Positions 1 through 10,286 of a stretch of DNA of 38,848 nt are shown in pieces. Positions within the stretch are counted from its first letter, which is position 1. Each line of letters opens with the position of its first letter. This DNA is from a bacterium (lineage in GTDB: Bacteria > Patescibacteriota > Minisyncoccia > Minisyncoccales > JAGGXC01): NCBI GenBank assembly GCA_021157625.1, contig JAGGWD010000001.1:1-38848 (forward strand). Direction: 5' to 3'. The position numbers were made by a program, and so were the translations under genes. The notes beneath the pieces are model-generated. The model was given only the letters and a program-made list of their open reading frames with translations. It searched no databases and had not been told where the DNA came from.

Positions 1-28
1 CTATAATAGATTTGGTGGTTTTTGGCAT
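1..28 (-). CDS. 5' end of an unidentified CDS running off the window (MPKTTKSII...)
   Basis: Minus-strand ATG at 28 with an open frame to the edge; TATAAT on the minus strand at 52-57. Only 9 codons visible. Confidence 0.35.
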
Positions 29-359
29 AAGTATTATTGAGTGTAAGGGATATTATACTCAATTTCTATTATTAAGAATATTCCACTAAAAAGTGTATGT
101 CAAGTGGAAAACTGCTTCTCCCCCAAAAAGTCCACCTTAATTATATTCAGATTCCACAAATAGATTTATTAACAAAAAAAGAAACCAAAAATAGAGATCA
201 AAGAAAAGTAGATATTCAGAGAGGGTAATCCAATATCTAAAATTATCTAAAATTAACTAAAAAAATAGCTTTTGTAACTCTCAGATAAGCATATTCTTTG
301 AAACAAAATACCCCCATCCCCTACTTTCCTTGTAATTCAATCTTAAATGTCGCACAATA

Positions 360-1232
360 TTATTCTCCTGCAACACAGTTATTGAAGATTTTTACTTGGT
401 TATTATACTCATTCACTAAAATTTTTGTTTCTTCAAGAAGAGTATTGTATTTTTCTACAAGATTATTATATTCAGCAACTTTCTGTTTATATGCTGTACT
501 CCATTTAGGCCGAATAGATTTCAGCTCTTCTTGAAGATTTTCTATAAGGATTTGTAATTTACGAAGTTTTTCCTGATTGGCTTCAATTTTTTCTTTTAGC
601 CCTTCTTCTGGTTGAGGACAAGCAGATAAAGGCAATCCAAAATGTTGAACTGCAATCCAAGTAGGTTTTCCTTCAAAAATTCCTCTTCCCACTGCCACTC
701 CAATATCTTGATATCTTGAATTGAGAATATTTCTTCTATGAGGAGGGCTAGCCATCCATTCCTGAACCAGATCTTGATCATCCTTAAAGTTCCCTAAAGC
801 TAAATTTTCTCCTACTGCAATAAACTCATATCCGTATCGCTGAGCTAACTCCCCTACTCCTACACCTGAAGTTGAATAATGAGCAAAATATTGATTCTCA
901 AACATATCTTTGAGTTTTGCTTTGGCAGAAGCATCAAGATAAAAATTCTCTCGAAGCAAAGGAAGACCATTCTTTTCTCTCTCTACATTAGTCCATAGAA
1001 TCACTCCTGTGGGAGTAAGGTTCCCTTCCAAGGAATCTTTATAGGATAAAAGAGCAGGAGGTGCTGAAATTTGCTTTTTTGCTTCTCTGACTATAAATTC
1101 ATTTATTCTCTCTTCAATTCTTTTTTGAAGCTGGTAAGAAAAATTAAAAATTCTTTCTTCCTTGACTCGAAAAAGAAAGAAAAATAATAAGACAAGTAAA
1201 ATAGTAATAAATATCTTGAATCCTCTACTCAT
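360..1232 (-). CDS. CAP (SCP/YkwD-like) domain protein with N-terminal membrane anchor and C-terminal coiled coil
   Basis: Motifs TNVER..GL, YFAH, GENLA, WMASPPHRRNIL, IGVAV; hydrophobic N-terminus; helical C-terminus. Confidence 0.9.
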   Translation of the reverse strand: MSRGFKIFITILLVLLFFFLFRVKEERIFNFSYQLQKRIEERINEFIVREAKKQISAPPALLSYKDSLEGNLTPTGVILWTNVEREKNGLPLLRENFYLDASAKAKLKDMFENQYFAHYSTSGVGVGELAQRYGYEFIAVGENLALGNFKDDQDLVQEWMASPPHRRNILNSRYQDIGVAVGRGIFEGKPTWIAVQHFGLPLSACPQPEEGLKEKIEANQEKLRKLQILIENLQEELKSIRPKWSTAYKQKVAEYNNLVEKYNTLLEETKILVNEYNNQVKIFNNCVAGE

Positions 1233-1341
1233 TTTATTTCTTTTTATTTTACCAAAAAATAAAATTTCACGCGATTCTTCATCTTACTCTTTTTTTTATC
1301 TCAATAACTTATTATAATGAAATATAAGAACAATAATAAAT

Positions 1342-2277
1342 ATGATCAAGAATTTAAGAAATTTTCCTATTTTTTTAAAGAAAGAATTAGAAAAACCCAA
1401 AATTCTATTGCCATCTAAATACAAAAAAATTCAGAATATTGTAGTTGCAGGCATGGGAGGTTCTGCAATTGCTGCTGAGGTCCTAAAAGAAGTTATCCCT
1501 CTCAAGATCCCTTTAGAAATATCGAAGGGATATTTTCTTCCGTATTGGACAAGTAAAGATACTCTTCTTATCTGTGTAAGTTATTCGGGAAATACTAAAG
1601 AAACATTGACTCAATTCCATCAAGGAATAAAGAAAAAATCAAGCATTATCGTTATTACCTCTGATGGAAAACTAATGAAAGAAGCAAAAAAGAAAGCCAT
1701 CCCATTTATAGAACTTCCTAAAGGATTTCTTCCTCGAGAAAGCTTTCCTTTTATCTTCTCAAGTCTAATTAGAATATTTAAAACATTGGGTTTAACTAAA
1801 GAAGTTTTTTCATTTGAGCTTCTAGAAAGAGAGATAACAAAAATAGAGAAAGAAGCAAAACTGGTCGCCAGAAAAATTAAAAATAGCTTCCCCATAATCT
1901 CAAGTCAATATTTTTCTGTAAGTACACGGTGGGAAGATCAACTTAGCGAGAATGCAAAGCATTTAGCCGAAAGCAAAACCCTTCCTGAATTAGCACATAA
2001 CGAAATAGAAAGCTGGAGGAAATTGGATAAGAATTACTCTCTGATCCTCTTAAGAGATTGTAAAGAGACAAAGGAAATAAAATGTCTTTTTGAAGGAATT
2101 AAAAAAATCATAAAGAAAACCCCGATATTGGAAATAAAAGCAAAAGGAAAAACAAAACCAGAAAGAGTACTCTATCTAATTCTCTTTGGAGATTTTGTAT
2201 CTTATTTTCTGGCAAAGGAAAAAAAGATAAATCCAAAAACAACGGATTATATAAAAAGACTAAAAAAAGTAATTTAA
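1342..2277 (+). CDS. Bifunctional phosphoglucose/phosphomannose isomerase (SIS-type PGI/PMI)
   Basis: GMGGSA, SYSGNTKET, ENAK and PELAHNEI motifs. Confidence 0.9.
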   Translation: MIKNLRNFPIFLKKELEKPKILLPSKYKKIQNIVVAGMGGSAIAAEVLKEVIPLKIPLEISKGYFLPYWTSKDTLLICVSYSGNTKETLTQFHQGIKKKSSIIVITSDGKLMKEAKKKAIPFIELPKGFLPRESFPFIFSSLIRIFKTLGLTKEVFSFELLEREITKIEKEAKLVARKIKNSFPIISSQYFSVSTRWEDQLSENAKHLAESKTLPELAHNEIESWRKLDKNYSLILLRDCKETKEIKCLFEGIKKIIKKTPILEIKAKGKTKPERVLYLILFGDFVSYFLAKEKKINPKTTDYIKRLKKVI

Positions 2278-2282
2278 ATAAA

Positions 2283-3962
2283 CTATTGCTTTCGTAAGAG
2301 TTTTATAAATACATCGTTTGGAATATTAACTTTGGTACGAGCAGCAAGTTTCTTTTTTCCTTTTCTTTGTTTCTGAAGCAATTTTTTCTTGCGGGTATAA
2401 TCTCCACCATAAAGAGGTGCAAGCACATCTTTTCTTAAAGCAGGAATTGTCTCTCGAGCAATAATTCTACTTTTGCTTGGCTTGTGAGTTTTTTGTTCTT
2501 GGAATATATCACCCAAAGCTATTTGAATAGGGACTGCAAAATTTTGTCTGGGAATTAATTCTTTCAGTGAAACTGCTAATTTTCTAGCTTTCTTTTGGGC
2601 ATATTCTCTTGGCACAATCTGAGAAAGTGCGGAGACTTGTTGGCCAGCTACGAAAACTTCCAACTTTACTAAATCTGCCTTCCTTGACTCAATAGGTGTA
2701 TATATCATAGAAGCATATCCCGAACTAACACTTTTTAACCTATCATAGAAATTAATCAGAATATCTGCTAAAGCAACATTATACTCTATAATAAGACGAT
2801 CCTTGCTTAAGTAGTCTGTTTTTTTATACTCACCCCTTAGTTGTTTTAAAAGTTCCATCACTTTACCAAGATAATTTTGAGGAGTAATGATTTTTAACTC
2901 AACCCACGGTTCTTTTGCTATTCTATCTTTTCTATTTATCTGGTAATTTACTTGAGGAGTAGTAACCAACAAATCCAACTGATATTCTCTTTTCAATCTC
3001 TCAACCACTATTTCTAAATGAAGAGTTCCCAAAAAACCACATCTAAATCCCCGTCCTAGAGCAGGTAAAGACTCCTCTTCAAAATAAAGCGCCGGATCGT
3101 TCAATTTTAATCTATTGAGGGCTTCTTTTAGAAGGGAGAAATCTGCTTCATTGGTAGGATATAGACTAGCAAACACCATTGATTGAGGTATTTTCCATCC
3201 CACGCTCTTTAGATATTCCTCTAAATTCTTTTGTCCCGTTGCAAGATAACCAACCTCACCCACTCCTAACTCAGATACGGGCACCATCTGAGGTTTAAAC
3301 ACCCCAATCTCATTCTTTTCTTTTCTTAAAGTTCCTTCTAATACTCTTATGTAGGCAATAACCCCTTTAAAAGGATCGTAAAATGAATCAAAAATAAGAA
3401 TTTTTAAGGGAGCTTTGGGATTACCTTTGGGAGGAGGCACAGATTTTATAATTTCTTCCAAAAGCTTTTCCACATTTTGACCTGTCTTAGCAGAAATCTT
3501 AATTATTCTATTTTTTTCTATTTTCAAAAGATTTATTAACTCTTCTTCTACCTTCTCAATACAAGCATTTGGTAAATCAATTTTATTAATTACTGGAATA
3601 ACAACTAAATTTTGTTTTTGAGCAAGATAAAGATTAGTGAGAGTTTGGGCTTGAATTCCTTTGGTAGCATCAACAAGTAAAACAACCCCCTCCACTGCTT
3701 TTAATGATCTTTCTACCTCTGAACAGAAATCTATATGGCCAGGTGTGTCAATAAGATTCAGAACGTAACCTTTGTATTCCATTCTTACGGGTTGCAGCTT
3801 AATTGTAATCCCCTTTTCTCTTTCCAAATCCATCTGATCTAGCAATTGATCTCGCATTTTTTCTTTTGGAACAGTATTGGTTATTTCTAACAATCTGTCA
3901 GCTAAGGTTGACTTACCGTGATCAATATGACTGATGATAGCGAAGTTACGAATATTTTTCAT
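2283..3962 (-). CDS. lepA: Elongation factor 4 (LepA), internally shortened
   Basis: NIRNFAIISHIDHGKSTLADR, ERGITIK-like motif, DTPGH, NKID, GFRCGFLG, YGGD..RKKKLL C-terminal domain. Confidence 0.97.
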   Translation of the reverse strand: MKNIRNFAIISHIDHGKSTLADRLLEITNTVPKEKMRDQLLDQMDLEREKGITIKLQPVRMEYKGYVLNLIDTPGHIDFCSEVERSLKAVEGVVLLVDATKGIQAQTLTNLYLAQKQNLVVIPVINKIDLPNACIEKVEEELINLLKIEKNRIIKISAKTGQNVEKLLEEIIKSVPPPKGNPKAPLKILIFDSFYDPFKGVIAYIRVLEGTLRKEKNEIGVFKPQMVPVSELGVGEVGYLATGQKNLEEYLKSVGWKIPQSMVFASLYPTNEADFSLLKEALNRLKLNDPALYFEEESLPALGRGFRCGFLGTLHLEIVVERLKREYQLDLLVTTPQVNYQINRKDRIAKEPWVELKIITPQNYLGKVMELLKQLRGEYKKTDYLSKDRLIIEYNVALADILINFYDRLKSVSSGYASMIYTPIESRKADLVKLEVFVAGQQVSALSQIVPREYAQKKARKLAVSLKELIPRQNFAVPIQIALGDIFQEQKTHKPSKSRIIARETIPALRKDVLAPLYGGDYTRKKKLLQKQRKGKKKLAARTKVNIPNDVFIKLLRKQ

Positions 3963-4034
3963 AAAAACAGAATAATTCTAAAAATTCCAGGTATTCTTCC
4001 TGGAACAAAAAATAAACATATTTATATCTCTTAC

Positions 4035-4583
4035 TTATATTCCTAAATCGATATAACGTGGACGTTTTTGACGGAGAGAGACAGTAACTTTCAGCCCTGA
4101 AGAAATTTTTGCTACCTCATATATTTTAGTACAGCTTTTTGGAGCAAAACCCGGCTTAAGAACTGCTCCACATTCACTTCCTTCAGGAATCCATCTATCA
4201 AATTTTCGTTCATAATGAAATCTTCTTCCTTCACTGTCCACTAAATCACCAATATTCCACCATCCTTCTTTAATATCGTCTGTTCCTATATTTTGAGCTT
4301 GTATTGTAACCTCAATAAATCTTTCGGTAGTAGTAAGATCTTGAGGATATCCAAATTTGCTTTCTGAGGCAAGAAGAATATTGCCTCTATCCTTCACTTC
4401 TTTTAATGAGAACTTAACATTTCCAATCTCAACTTCATATACAGGTTCTTTATTTTTTTCTGTCTCTTCGGGAGGAGGTGGAGGCGTCAACATCAAAGAT
4501 TTCACAGCAATAAAAATAACTACTATCACAATGATAATAATCACTCCCACAATAATTTGTTCTCGGGAGAGATTTTCAATCAT
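4035..4583 (-). CDS. Membrane-anchored Ig-like protein (DUF4352-like)
   Basis: N-terminal TM helix, poly-Pro linker, then F.EVTI.A.N.G / LVDSEGRRF / LKPG / IYEV pattern. Confidence 0.6.
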   Translation of the reverse strand: MIENLSREQIIVGVIIIIVIVVIFIAVKSLMLTPPPPPEETEKNKEPVYEVEIGNVKFSLKEVKDRGNILLASESKFGYPQDLTTTERFIEVTIQAQNIGTDDIKEGWWNIGDLVDSEGRRFHYERKFDRWIPEGSECGAVLKPGFAPKSCTKIYEVAKISSGLKVTVSLRQKRPRYIDLGI

Positions 4584-4601
4584 AAATGTTTTTAATTAAA
4601 T

Positions 4602-5339
4602 TTATCTTCCAAATCTTCTCTGGCGTCTTGCATATTCCTCAAGCGCTCTATCAAAATCCTCCTCCTTAAAGTCTGGCCAATATTTATCACAGAAATAAAG
4701 TTCAGAATATGCAGACTGCCATAGCAAGAAGTTAGAGAAGCGTTTTTCTCCACTTGTCCTAATTACCAAATCAGGAGCAGGCAAACCGGCAGTAGATAGA
4801 TATTTCTCAAATAATTTTTCAGTTATTTTGCTAGCAGGAATCTTTTCTTTGATAATTTTCTTGGTAGCCTCCAAAATATCCCAACGGCCACTATAACTTA
4901 CAGCAAGATTAAGAAAATATTCCTTATTGTTTTTTGTTAAATCCTCGATTTTCTTTATTACTTCCCTAAGGCTTTTTGGTAATCTTTCTTTCTGGCCAAT
5001 TACTCTTACTCGTACTTTCTTGGTCAACATCATATTCTTGCCTGCCTGCTTGTCGAGATACTTCTTGAGTTCTTCTCTAAAACCTCTTTCCAAAAGTTCA
5101 AGAAGATATTTAACCTCTTCTTTTGGTCGATTCCAGTTTTCAGTAGAAAAACCAAAAGCTGTCAGAACTTTTATTCCCTTTTTTTGACACCACCGACAAA
5201 ATCGTTTTATGTTCTCAAAACCTGCTAAATGACCCTGAATGGTAGGCAGACCCCTCTCTCTTGCCCATCGACGATTTCCATCAGGAAGCAAAACAACATG
5301 GGTGGGTATTTGCTTTTTATCTAATGTTTTCTTTTTCAT
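4602..5339 (-). CDS. uppS: Undecaprenyl/polyprenyl diphosphate synthase
   Basis: HVVLLPDGNRRWA, FSTENWNRP, PDLVIRTSGEKRFSNFLLWQ, RRFG motifs. Confidence 0.97.
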   Translation of the reverse strand: MKKKTLDKKQIPTHVVLLPDGNRRWARERGLPTIQGHLAGFENIKRFCRWCQKKGIKVLTAFGFSTENWNRPKEEVKYLLELLERGFREELKKYLDKQAGKNMMLTKKVRVRVIGQKERLPKSLREVIKKIEDLTKNNKEYFLNLAVSYSGRWDILEATKKIIKEKIPASKITEKLFEKYLSTAGLPAPDLVIRTSGEKRFSNFLLWQSAYSELYFCDKYWPDFKEEDFDRALEEYARRQRRFGR

Positions 5340-5496
5340 ATTGATAAGGATTATAAATTTCTAACGGCTTTTTTTCTGATAATTTGGCTGTTATATATCC
5401 TAACCCAAAAGAAGCCAGTGAAATCAAAATAATGACTATTATCAGCACTATATCGATTTTATAATTTTTGACAATTCTTTTCAAGTCTGCTAACAT
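5317..5496 (-). CDS. Small single-pass membrane protein, 59 aa (MLADLKRIVKNYKIDIVLIIVIILISLASFGLGYITAKLSEKKPLEIYNPYQYEKENIR); not in the ORF track
   Basis: Manually translated open frame from ATG 5496 to TAA 5317 with a clean TM helix; overlaps the uppS start. Confidence 0.6.
   Translation of the reverse strand: MLADLKRIVKNYKIDIVLIIVIILISLASFGLGYITAKLSEKKPLEIYNPYQYEKENIR
5468..5496 (+). promoter_or_regulatory. Sigma70 promoter for rpmA (near-leaderless)
   Basis: TTGACA (5468-5473), 17 bp, TG-n-TAACAT (5491-5496), 9 nt before the ATG. Confidence 0.7.
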
Positions 5497-5505
5497 AACT
5501 GATAT

Positions 5506-5778
5506 ATGGCAAAGACAAAATCATCAGGAACAACAAAATTAGGAAGAGATTCAAAACCCAAATATCTGGGAGTAAAGGTTTTTGATGGCCAACCTGTTAA
5601 ACCAGGAATGGTAATCGTAAGACAGCGAGGAACAAAGTTTTTGGCAGGTAAAAATGTAAAAAAAGGAGCCGATGATACTTTGTATGCTCTCAAAGAGGGA
5701 AAAGTTAAATTTACTACTACTCGAAAAAAAAGATTTGATGGTTCGAGAAGAAAAGTCAAAGTAGTTAATGTAGAATAA
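5506..5778 (+). CDS. rpmA: 50S ribosomal protein L27
   Basis: [33 protein letters not shown]. Confidence 0.97.
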   Translation: MAKTKSSGTTKLGRDSKPKYLGVKVFDGQPVKPGMVIVRQRGTKFLAGKNVKKGADDTLYALKEGKVKFTTTRKKRFDGSRRKVKVVNVE

Positions 5779-5797
5779 TTAAAGGATTTTTTAAAAG

Positions 5798-7432
5798 TTA
5801 AGATCTTTTTCTGGTGCAGGCTCTTATAAACTCTCTAAATAAAGGATGAGGGCGAAGAGGTCGGGATTTATATTCAGGATGGAACTGCGTTGCCACAAAA
5901 AACGGATGGTTTTTATATTCAATGATTTCGACTAAATCTCTTTCTGGATTAACTCCTGCTATTACTAATCCTTTCTTTTCTAAGAGTTCTCGAAATGAAT
6001 TATTAACTTCGTATCTGTGCCTGTGACGTTCCACAACAAGCTGTTTTTTATATGCTTTAAAGGAAATGGTTCCTTTTTTTATTCTGCACAGATAATCGCC
6101 TAATCTCATTGTTGCTCCATACCTTTTCTCCCGAAGCAAAACTTTTTGTTCAGGCATTATATCTATCACATTATTTTTACCTCCGGGATTAAACTCTGCA
6201 GAATTAGCATCTTTGATACCTGCCACATTACGTGCAAACTCTATTACTGCCAATTGCATGCCGAAACATAAACCAAGATATGGAATCTTATGGGTTCTAC
6301 AGAATTCAATAGCCTTGATCTTACCTTCCACTCCTCTACTTCCAAAACCTCCAGGCACAATAACTCCATCAAATTTCTCAAGTTCTCGAACTGCTCTTGG
6401 TTTTTTCTCATAGTTTTCTGCAGATAGCCATTGAATTTCTGGTTTTCTTCTAAAATACCAGCTGGCATGTTTTATTGCTTCTATAACAGAAATATAGGAA
6501 TCCATTAAGGTAAATTTACCTGTCTCAAAATACTTTCCTACCATAGCAACCTTCACTGGTTTTTTTGCTGTTTTAATAATCTTTACAAGTTTTTCCCAAT
6601 CTTGGAGATTTTTTTTGCAAGAACGCCTTGAGTGCAGACCAAATTTATGAAGTATTCTATCCCCTAACCTTTCTTTTGCGAAATTAACAGGTATCTCATA
6701 TACAGATTCCACATCTGGAGAGGATATAACATCTTTAATATCTACATTACAGAAAATAGAAATTTTACGTTTTCTGGGCTGGTCTAAAGGAAATTTACTT
6801 CTTGCTATAATAAGAGAAGGTTGAATTCCTGCCATATTTAGCCACTTTACTGCCTGCTGAGTAGGTTTGGTTTTCATTTCACCTATAGTCTCTGGAACAG
6901 GAAGATAAGATATCAAGATAAAAAGAACTTTCTTGGGATTATGAAGTTTCATCATTCTGGCTGCTTCAAGAAACAACATATTTTGGTATTCACCTACTGT
7001 TCCCCCTATCTCTATTAAAACAAAATCGGCTTTAGTTTTTTTGGCCGCTTTTTTTATACGAGAAATTGTTTCATTGGGAATATCAGGTACTACTTCCACG
7101 CACCGTCCTCCATACTCTAAATTTCTTTCTCTTTGAATTACTGCCTGATAAACACGTCCTGTAGTAATATAGTTGTCAGTAGTCAGTTCTTCGTCTAAGA
7201 ATCTTTCATAATTGCCAATATCTTGGTCGCATTCTACCCCATCTTTGGTCACGAAAATTTCACCATGCTCGATGGGATTCATTGTTCCGGCATCGACATT
7301 AACGTAAGGATCTATTTTGATCGCTGTAACTTTATATCCTTTAGCTTGCAGAATCTTACCGATAGAGGCAGTTGCAATCCCCTTGCCGATGCCTGACATT
7401 ACGCCACCGATAATGAAAATATACCGGGTCAT
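5798..7432 (-). CDS. pyrG: CTP synthase
   Basis: GGVMSGIGKG, DPYVNVDAGTM, EIGGTVG, KTKPTQ, GLCFGMQ, ERHRHRYE, QFHPE. Confidence 0.98.
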   Translation of the reverse strand: MTRYIFIIGGVMSGIGKGIATASIGKILQAKGYKVTAIKIDPYVNVDAGTMNPIEHGEIFVTKDGVECDQDIGNYERFLDEELTTDNYITTGRVYQAVIQRERNLEYGGRCVEVVPDIPNETISRIKKAAKKTKADFVLIEIGGTVGEYQNMLFLEAARMMKLHNPKKVLFILISYLPVPETIGEMKTKPTQQAVKWLNMAGIQPSLIIARSKFPLDQPRKRKISIFCNVDIKDVISSPDVESVYEIPVNFAKERLGDRILHKFGLHSRRSCKKNLQDWEKLVKIIKTAKKPVKVAMVGKYFETGKFTLMDSYISVIEAIKHASWYFRRKPEIQWLSAENYEKKPRAVRELEKFDGVIVPGGFGSRGVEGKIKAIEFCRTHKIPYLGLCFGMQLAVIEFARNVAGIKDANSAEFNPGGKNNVIDIMPEQKVLLREKRYGATMRLGDYLCRIKKGTISFKAYKKQLVVERHRHRYEVNNSFRELLEKKGLVIAGVNPERDLVEIIEYKNHPFFVATQFHPEYKSRPLRPHPLFREFIRACTRKRS

Positions 7433-7439
7433 ACAATTA

Positions 7440-7889
7440 CTACTCTTGTTCAGGAGTGATTATCAGTTTTATTTCCGCCTCCAAGTTATGTTTGAAAGTT
7501 ACCTTTATTGGAAATTCTCCTATTTCTTTAATAGGTTCTTTTATATCGATTTGATTCTTACTAATATTGAAACCCAATTCTTTCAATTTTTCAGAAATCT
7601 TCTGTGCTGTTATTGATTCATACAACTGGCCACTTTCTCCTACTTTTACAGGAAAAACAATTTCCTGCCCATCTATTGCTGCTGCTTCTTCCTGCACTTT
7701 CTTTAACTCTTCCTCTGCTTTCTTCTCTTCTTTCTCTTTCTGTTTTTCAAGCCACTCAAGATTTCTTTTGGTCGCTGGTTTTGCTAAACCTCTCGGAATT
7801 AAAAAGTTGCGTGCATAGCCATCTTTCACCTCTTTAACTTCGTATTTTTCTCCTAACTTTTCTATATCTTTGAGAAGTATCACTTTCAT
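7440..7889 (-). CDS. rplI: 50S ribosomal protein L9
   Basis: [11 protein letters not shown]....[17 protein letters not shown]. Confidence 0.97.
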   Translation of the reverse strand: MKVILLKDIEKLGEKYEVKEVKDGYARNFLIPRGLAKPATKRNLEWLEKQKEKEEKKAEEELKKVQEEAAAIDGQEIVFPVKVGESGQLYESITAQKISEKLKELGFNISKNQIDIKEPIKEIGEFPIKVTFKHNLEAEIKLIITPEQE

Positions 7890-7937
7890 AGAGCACTAAT
7901 TATATTATTTTATTATAAAACAACTCAAAAAAGTTCA

Positions 7938-9125
7938 TCAATCATTTTCCAGTCCTTTTACTACTTCTATAGCTTTTTGAAGTTGAGGGTCTTTTTTCTC
8001 TTCATAATCCTGTTCTGTCATTTTTATCTCTATATCCGGTTTAAGACCAGATTCTGTAATTGATTGACCCTTTGGAGTTAACCACTTAGCTACTGTAATT
8101 TTCATACTAGAACCATCACTAAGACGAGATAATTCCTGCACCGACCCCTTTCCAAAAGATCTTTCACCTATAAGGGTCACATTCCGATCATCTCTTAATG
8201 CTGCTGCTAAAATTTCCGCTCCAGAAGCAGTGCCTTTATTAATTAAACATACCATAGGATAATCAGAAAATGAACCAGGCCCTTTTGCTCTGTATTCCTG
8301 AGAAGGTTGTCTTCCACCAAAATCTTCTATTGCTACTAATTCTCCTTTTTCTAAAAACCAACCCGCAATGATGCGCGCTACCTCTAAATAACCACCTGGG
8401 TTATTTCTTAAATCCAAAATTATTCTTTTGGCAGGACTTTTTAGAATTTCTTTGGAAGCTTTATTGAAATCATAACTAGCCAATTGAGTAAAATGATAAA
8501 GTTTAATATAAGCAATATCTCCTTCTTTTATTTCCCACTTCAAGGAAGGAATTTCTACTATATCTCTTTTTATTTTGAAATCTCGAGGCTCCTCCCATCC
8601 TTCTCTAAGAATGGTTAAAGTTACTTCTGTTCCTCTTGGTCCTCTTATTAATTTAACCGCTTCATCTAAAGAAATGTGTAAAGAAGGTTTTCCGTCTATC
8701 TTAACTATTTTGTCTCCTGGACGTAAACCAGCCTTTTGAGCAGGAGTACCTTCCAATGGAGTAATGACTTGAAGTTCTCCTTTAACTATTCCAATTTCCA
8801 TTCCTACCCCTTCAAATTTACCTGAGATATCTTCTGAAAATACTTTTGATTCTCGGGGTTCAAGGAATACAGTATAAGGATCTTCTAAACTCTCAAGCAT
8901 TCCCGAAATAGCACCGTAAATCATCTTTTTTGTGTCTAATTTTTGAGGATCTACGAATTTTTTATGTACTTCTCTCCATGCTTCCCAAAACAAAGAAAAA
9001 TCCACATCTTCGGGTGGACAAACTTTACAATGCACAGAAGATTTTCCTAATAAAAATCCGCTCCCGAAACTTGCAATTCCAAATAGAACAACAATAAAGA
9101 AAAGAAAAACTTTATATTTTTTCAT
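7938..9125 (-). CDS. S41 family C-terminal processing protease (PDZ + peptidase), CtpA-like
   Basis: DPYT, FEGVG, ILDLRNNPGG, TASGAEI, SFGKGSVQ. Start moved to ATG 9125 because the longer ORF overlaps tRNA-Lys. Confidence 0.93.
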   Translation of the reverse strand: MKKYKVFLFFIVVLFGIASFGSGFLLGKSSVHCKVCPPEDVDFSLFWEAWREVHKKFVDPQKLDTKKMIYGAISGMLESLEDPYTVFLEPRESKVFSEDISGKFEGVGMEIGIVKGELQVITPLEGTPAQKAGLRPGDKIVKIDGKPSLHISLDEAVKLIRGPRGTEVTLTILREGWEEPRDFKIKRDIVEIPSLKWEIKEGDIAYIKLYHFTQLASYDFNKASKEILKSPAKRIILDLRNNPGGYLEVARIIAGWFLEKGELVAIEDFGGRQPSQEYRAKGPGSFSDYPMVCLINKGTASGAEILAAALRDDRNVTLIGERSFGKGSVQELSRLSDGSSMKITVAKWLTPKGQSITESGLKPDIEIKMTEQDYEEKKDPQLQKAIEVVKGLEND

Positions 9126-9176
9126 GTTAATTTTATATAACAGATTTCCCAAAAATAGTCCAGACAAAAATAAAAG

Positions 9177-9249
9177 TGCCTCCGGGAGGACTCGAACCTC
9201 CAACCATCGGCTTAAAAGGCCGCTACTCTACCAATTGAGTTACGGAGGC
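9177..9249 (-). tRNA. tRNA-Lys(UUU), CCA not encoded
   Basis: Cloverleaf GCCTCCG...CGGAGGCA; anticodon loop CTTTTAA; GTTCGAGT T-loop. Confidence 0.96.
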
Positions 9250-9315
9250 GAATCATTTTTTATCTTACCATTTTCAGAAAACAAAATCAACTCCTCGAAT
9301 TATAACTATCTGAAC

Positions 9316-10020
9316 TCAACGTTCTAAGGGAAACAAACATTGGCTACAAAATATATTTTTCTCCCATCTATCTCTAAACTCTTTGATTGTCAAAGCATCT
9401 TTTTTCTCAAACTCCCCTACCCTAACTCTCTCTAAATCAAAAAGGTAGCCTCCTGTAGCAAGTTTTTCTCCTATATCCCGTGCCAATGATCTGATATATA
9501 CACCCTTACCACAAACCACCTTTATCTTAAGATATGGCCAGTGATAATCAATCAATTCAATTTTTTTAATGTAAACCTTTCTTTTTGGTAATATAACTTT
9601 TTTTCCCTGACGTGCCAACTTATAGGCTGGCACTCCAGAAACCTTAATGGCTGAAAAATCGGGCGGTCGCTGATATATAAATCCCTCAAAAGAAGACAAA
9701 ATTTTTAGGATATCCTCTTTTGAAGGTTTTTGAGAAACCTTTATTTTCTCTTTTTTGCCTTCTTCATCATCTGTGTTACTTCTCCATCCTAATTTAATTG
9801 TAGCTATATACTCTTTTTCCTTTTTGACAATTTCAGAAAGTTTCTTTGTTGATTTTCTTCCAATTCCCACTACCAACACTCCTTCTGCCAAAGGATCTAA
9901 GGTACCCGCATGACCTACTCTTTTCTCTTTTGTAATTTTTCGGATTTCTTCAATCACATCATGGGAAGTACATCCTTTCTCTTTATATATAGGCACGATA
10001 ATACTCCCACAATTTGCCAT
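9316..10020 (-). CDS. truB: tRNA pseudouridine(55) synthase
   Basis: TSHD, VGHAGTLDPLAEGVL, PP.FSAIKV.G..AYKLAR, GVYIRSLARD. Confidence 0.96.
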   Translation of the reverse strand: MANCGSIIVPIYKEKGCTSHDVIEEIRKITKEKRVGHAGTLDPLAEGVLVVGIGRKSTKKLSEIVKKEKEYIATIKLGWRSNTDDEEGKKEKIKVSQKPSKEDILKILSSFEGFIYQRPPDFSAIKVSGVPAYKLARQGKKVILPKRKVYIKKIELIDYHWPYLKIKVVCGKGVYIRSLARDIGEKLATGGYLFDLERVRVGEFEKKDALTIKEFRDRWEKNIFCSQCLFPLER

Positions 10021-10067
10021 ATATTTAGTTCTTATCTGAATTATGATAAAATTTTTAAATAGGGTTT

Positions 10068-10286
10068 ATGAGTCAAAAAATTCTCTCAAATATCTTATTT
10101 GTAATAATCCTCTCTATTTATTTGTGGTATACCTTTGCGATTGTCTATCATCTGATCAGATTTGGCGTTGGAACCAAACCCAAAAGAATGGCCTTAATTT
10201 TCTTTGTGGGTTCATTTATACTCTTCTCTGCAACAGTTATTTTTTACCTCAAGATAAATTGGCAAGATATATTAATAGCTAAATGA
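10068..10286 (+). CDS. Small two-TM membrane protein
   Basis: Two hydrophobic helices with a YHLIRFG loop; ATGA overlap with the next gene; TG-n-TAAAAT upstream. Confidence 0.75.
   Translation: MSQKILSNILFVIILSIYLWYTFAIVYHLIRFGVGTKPKRMALIFFVGSFILFSATVIFYLKINWQDILIAK

Noticed and set aside
60-300. AT-rich intergenic region with several TCCAC boxes (possible oriC or NrdR boxes)
   Set aside because: All have two or more mismatches to TTATCCACA, spacing does not fit an NrdR box, and no dnaA or dnaN is visible.
9126-9203. N-terminal extension of the S41 protease ORF
   Set aside because: Overlaps tRNA-Lys; ATG 9125 gives a normal basic and hydrophobic anchor.
10043-10282. 79-aa alternative-frame ORF
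   Set aside because: Overlaps the better-supported two-TM ORF 10068-10286, which is coupled to the next gene.
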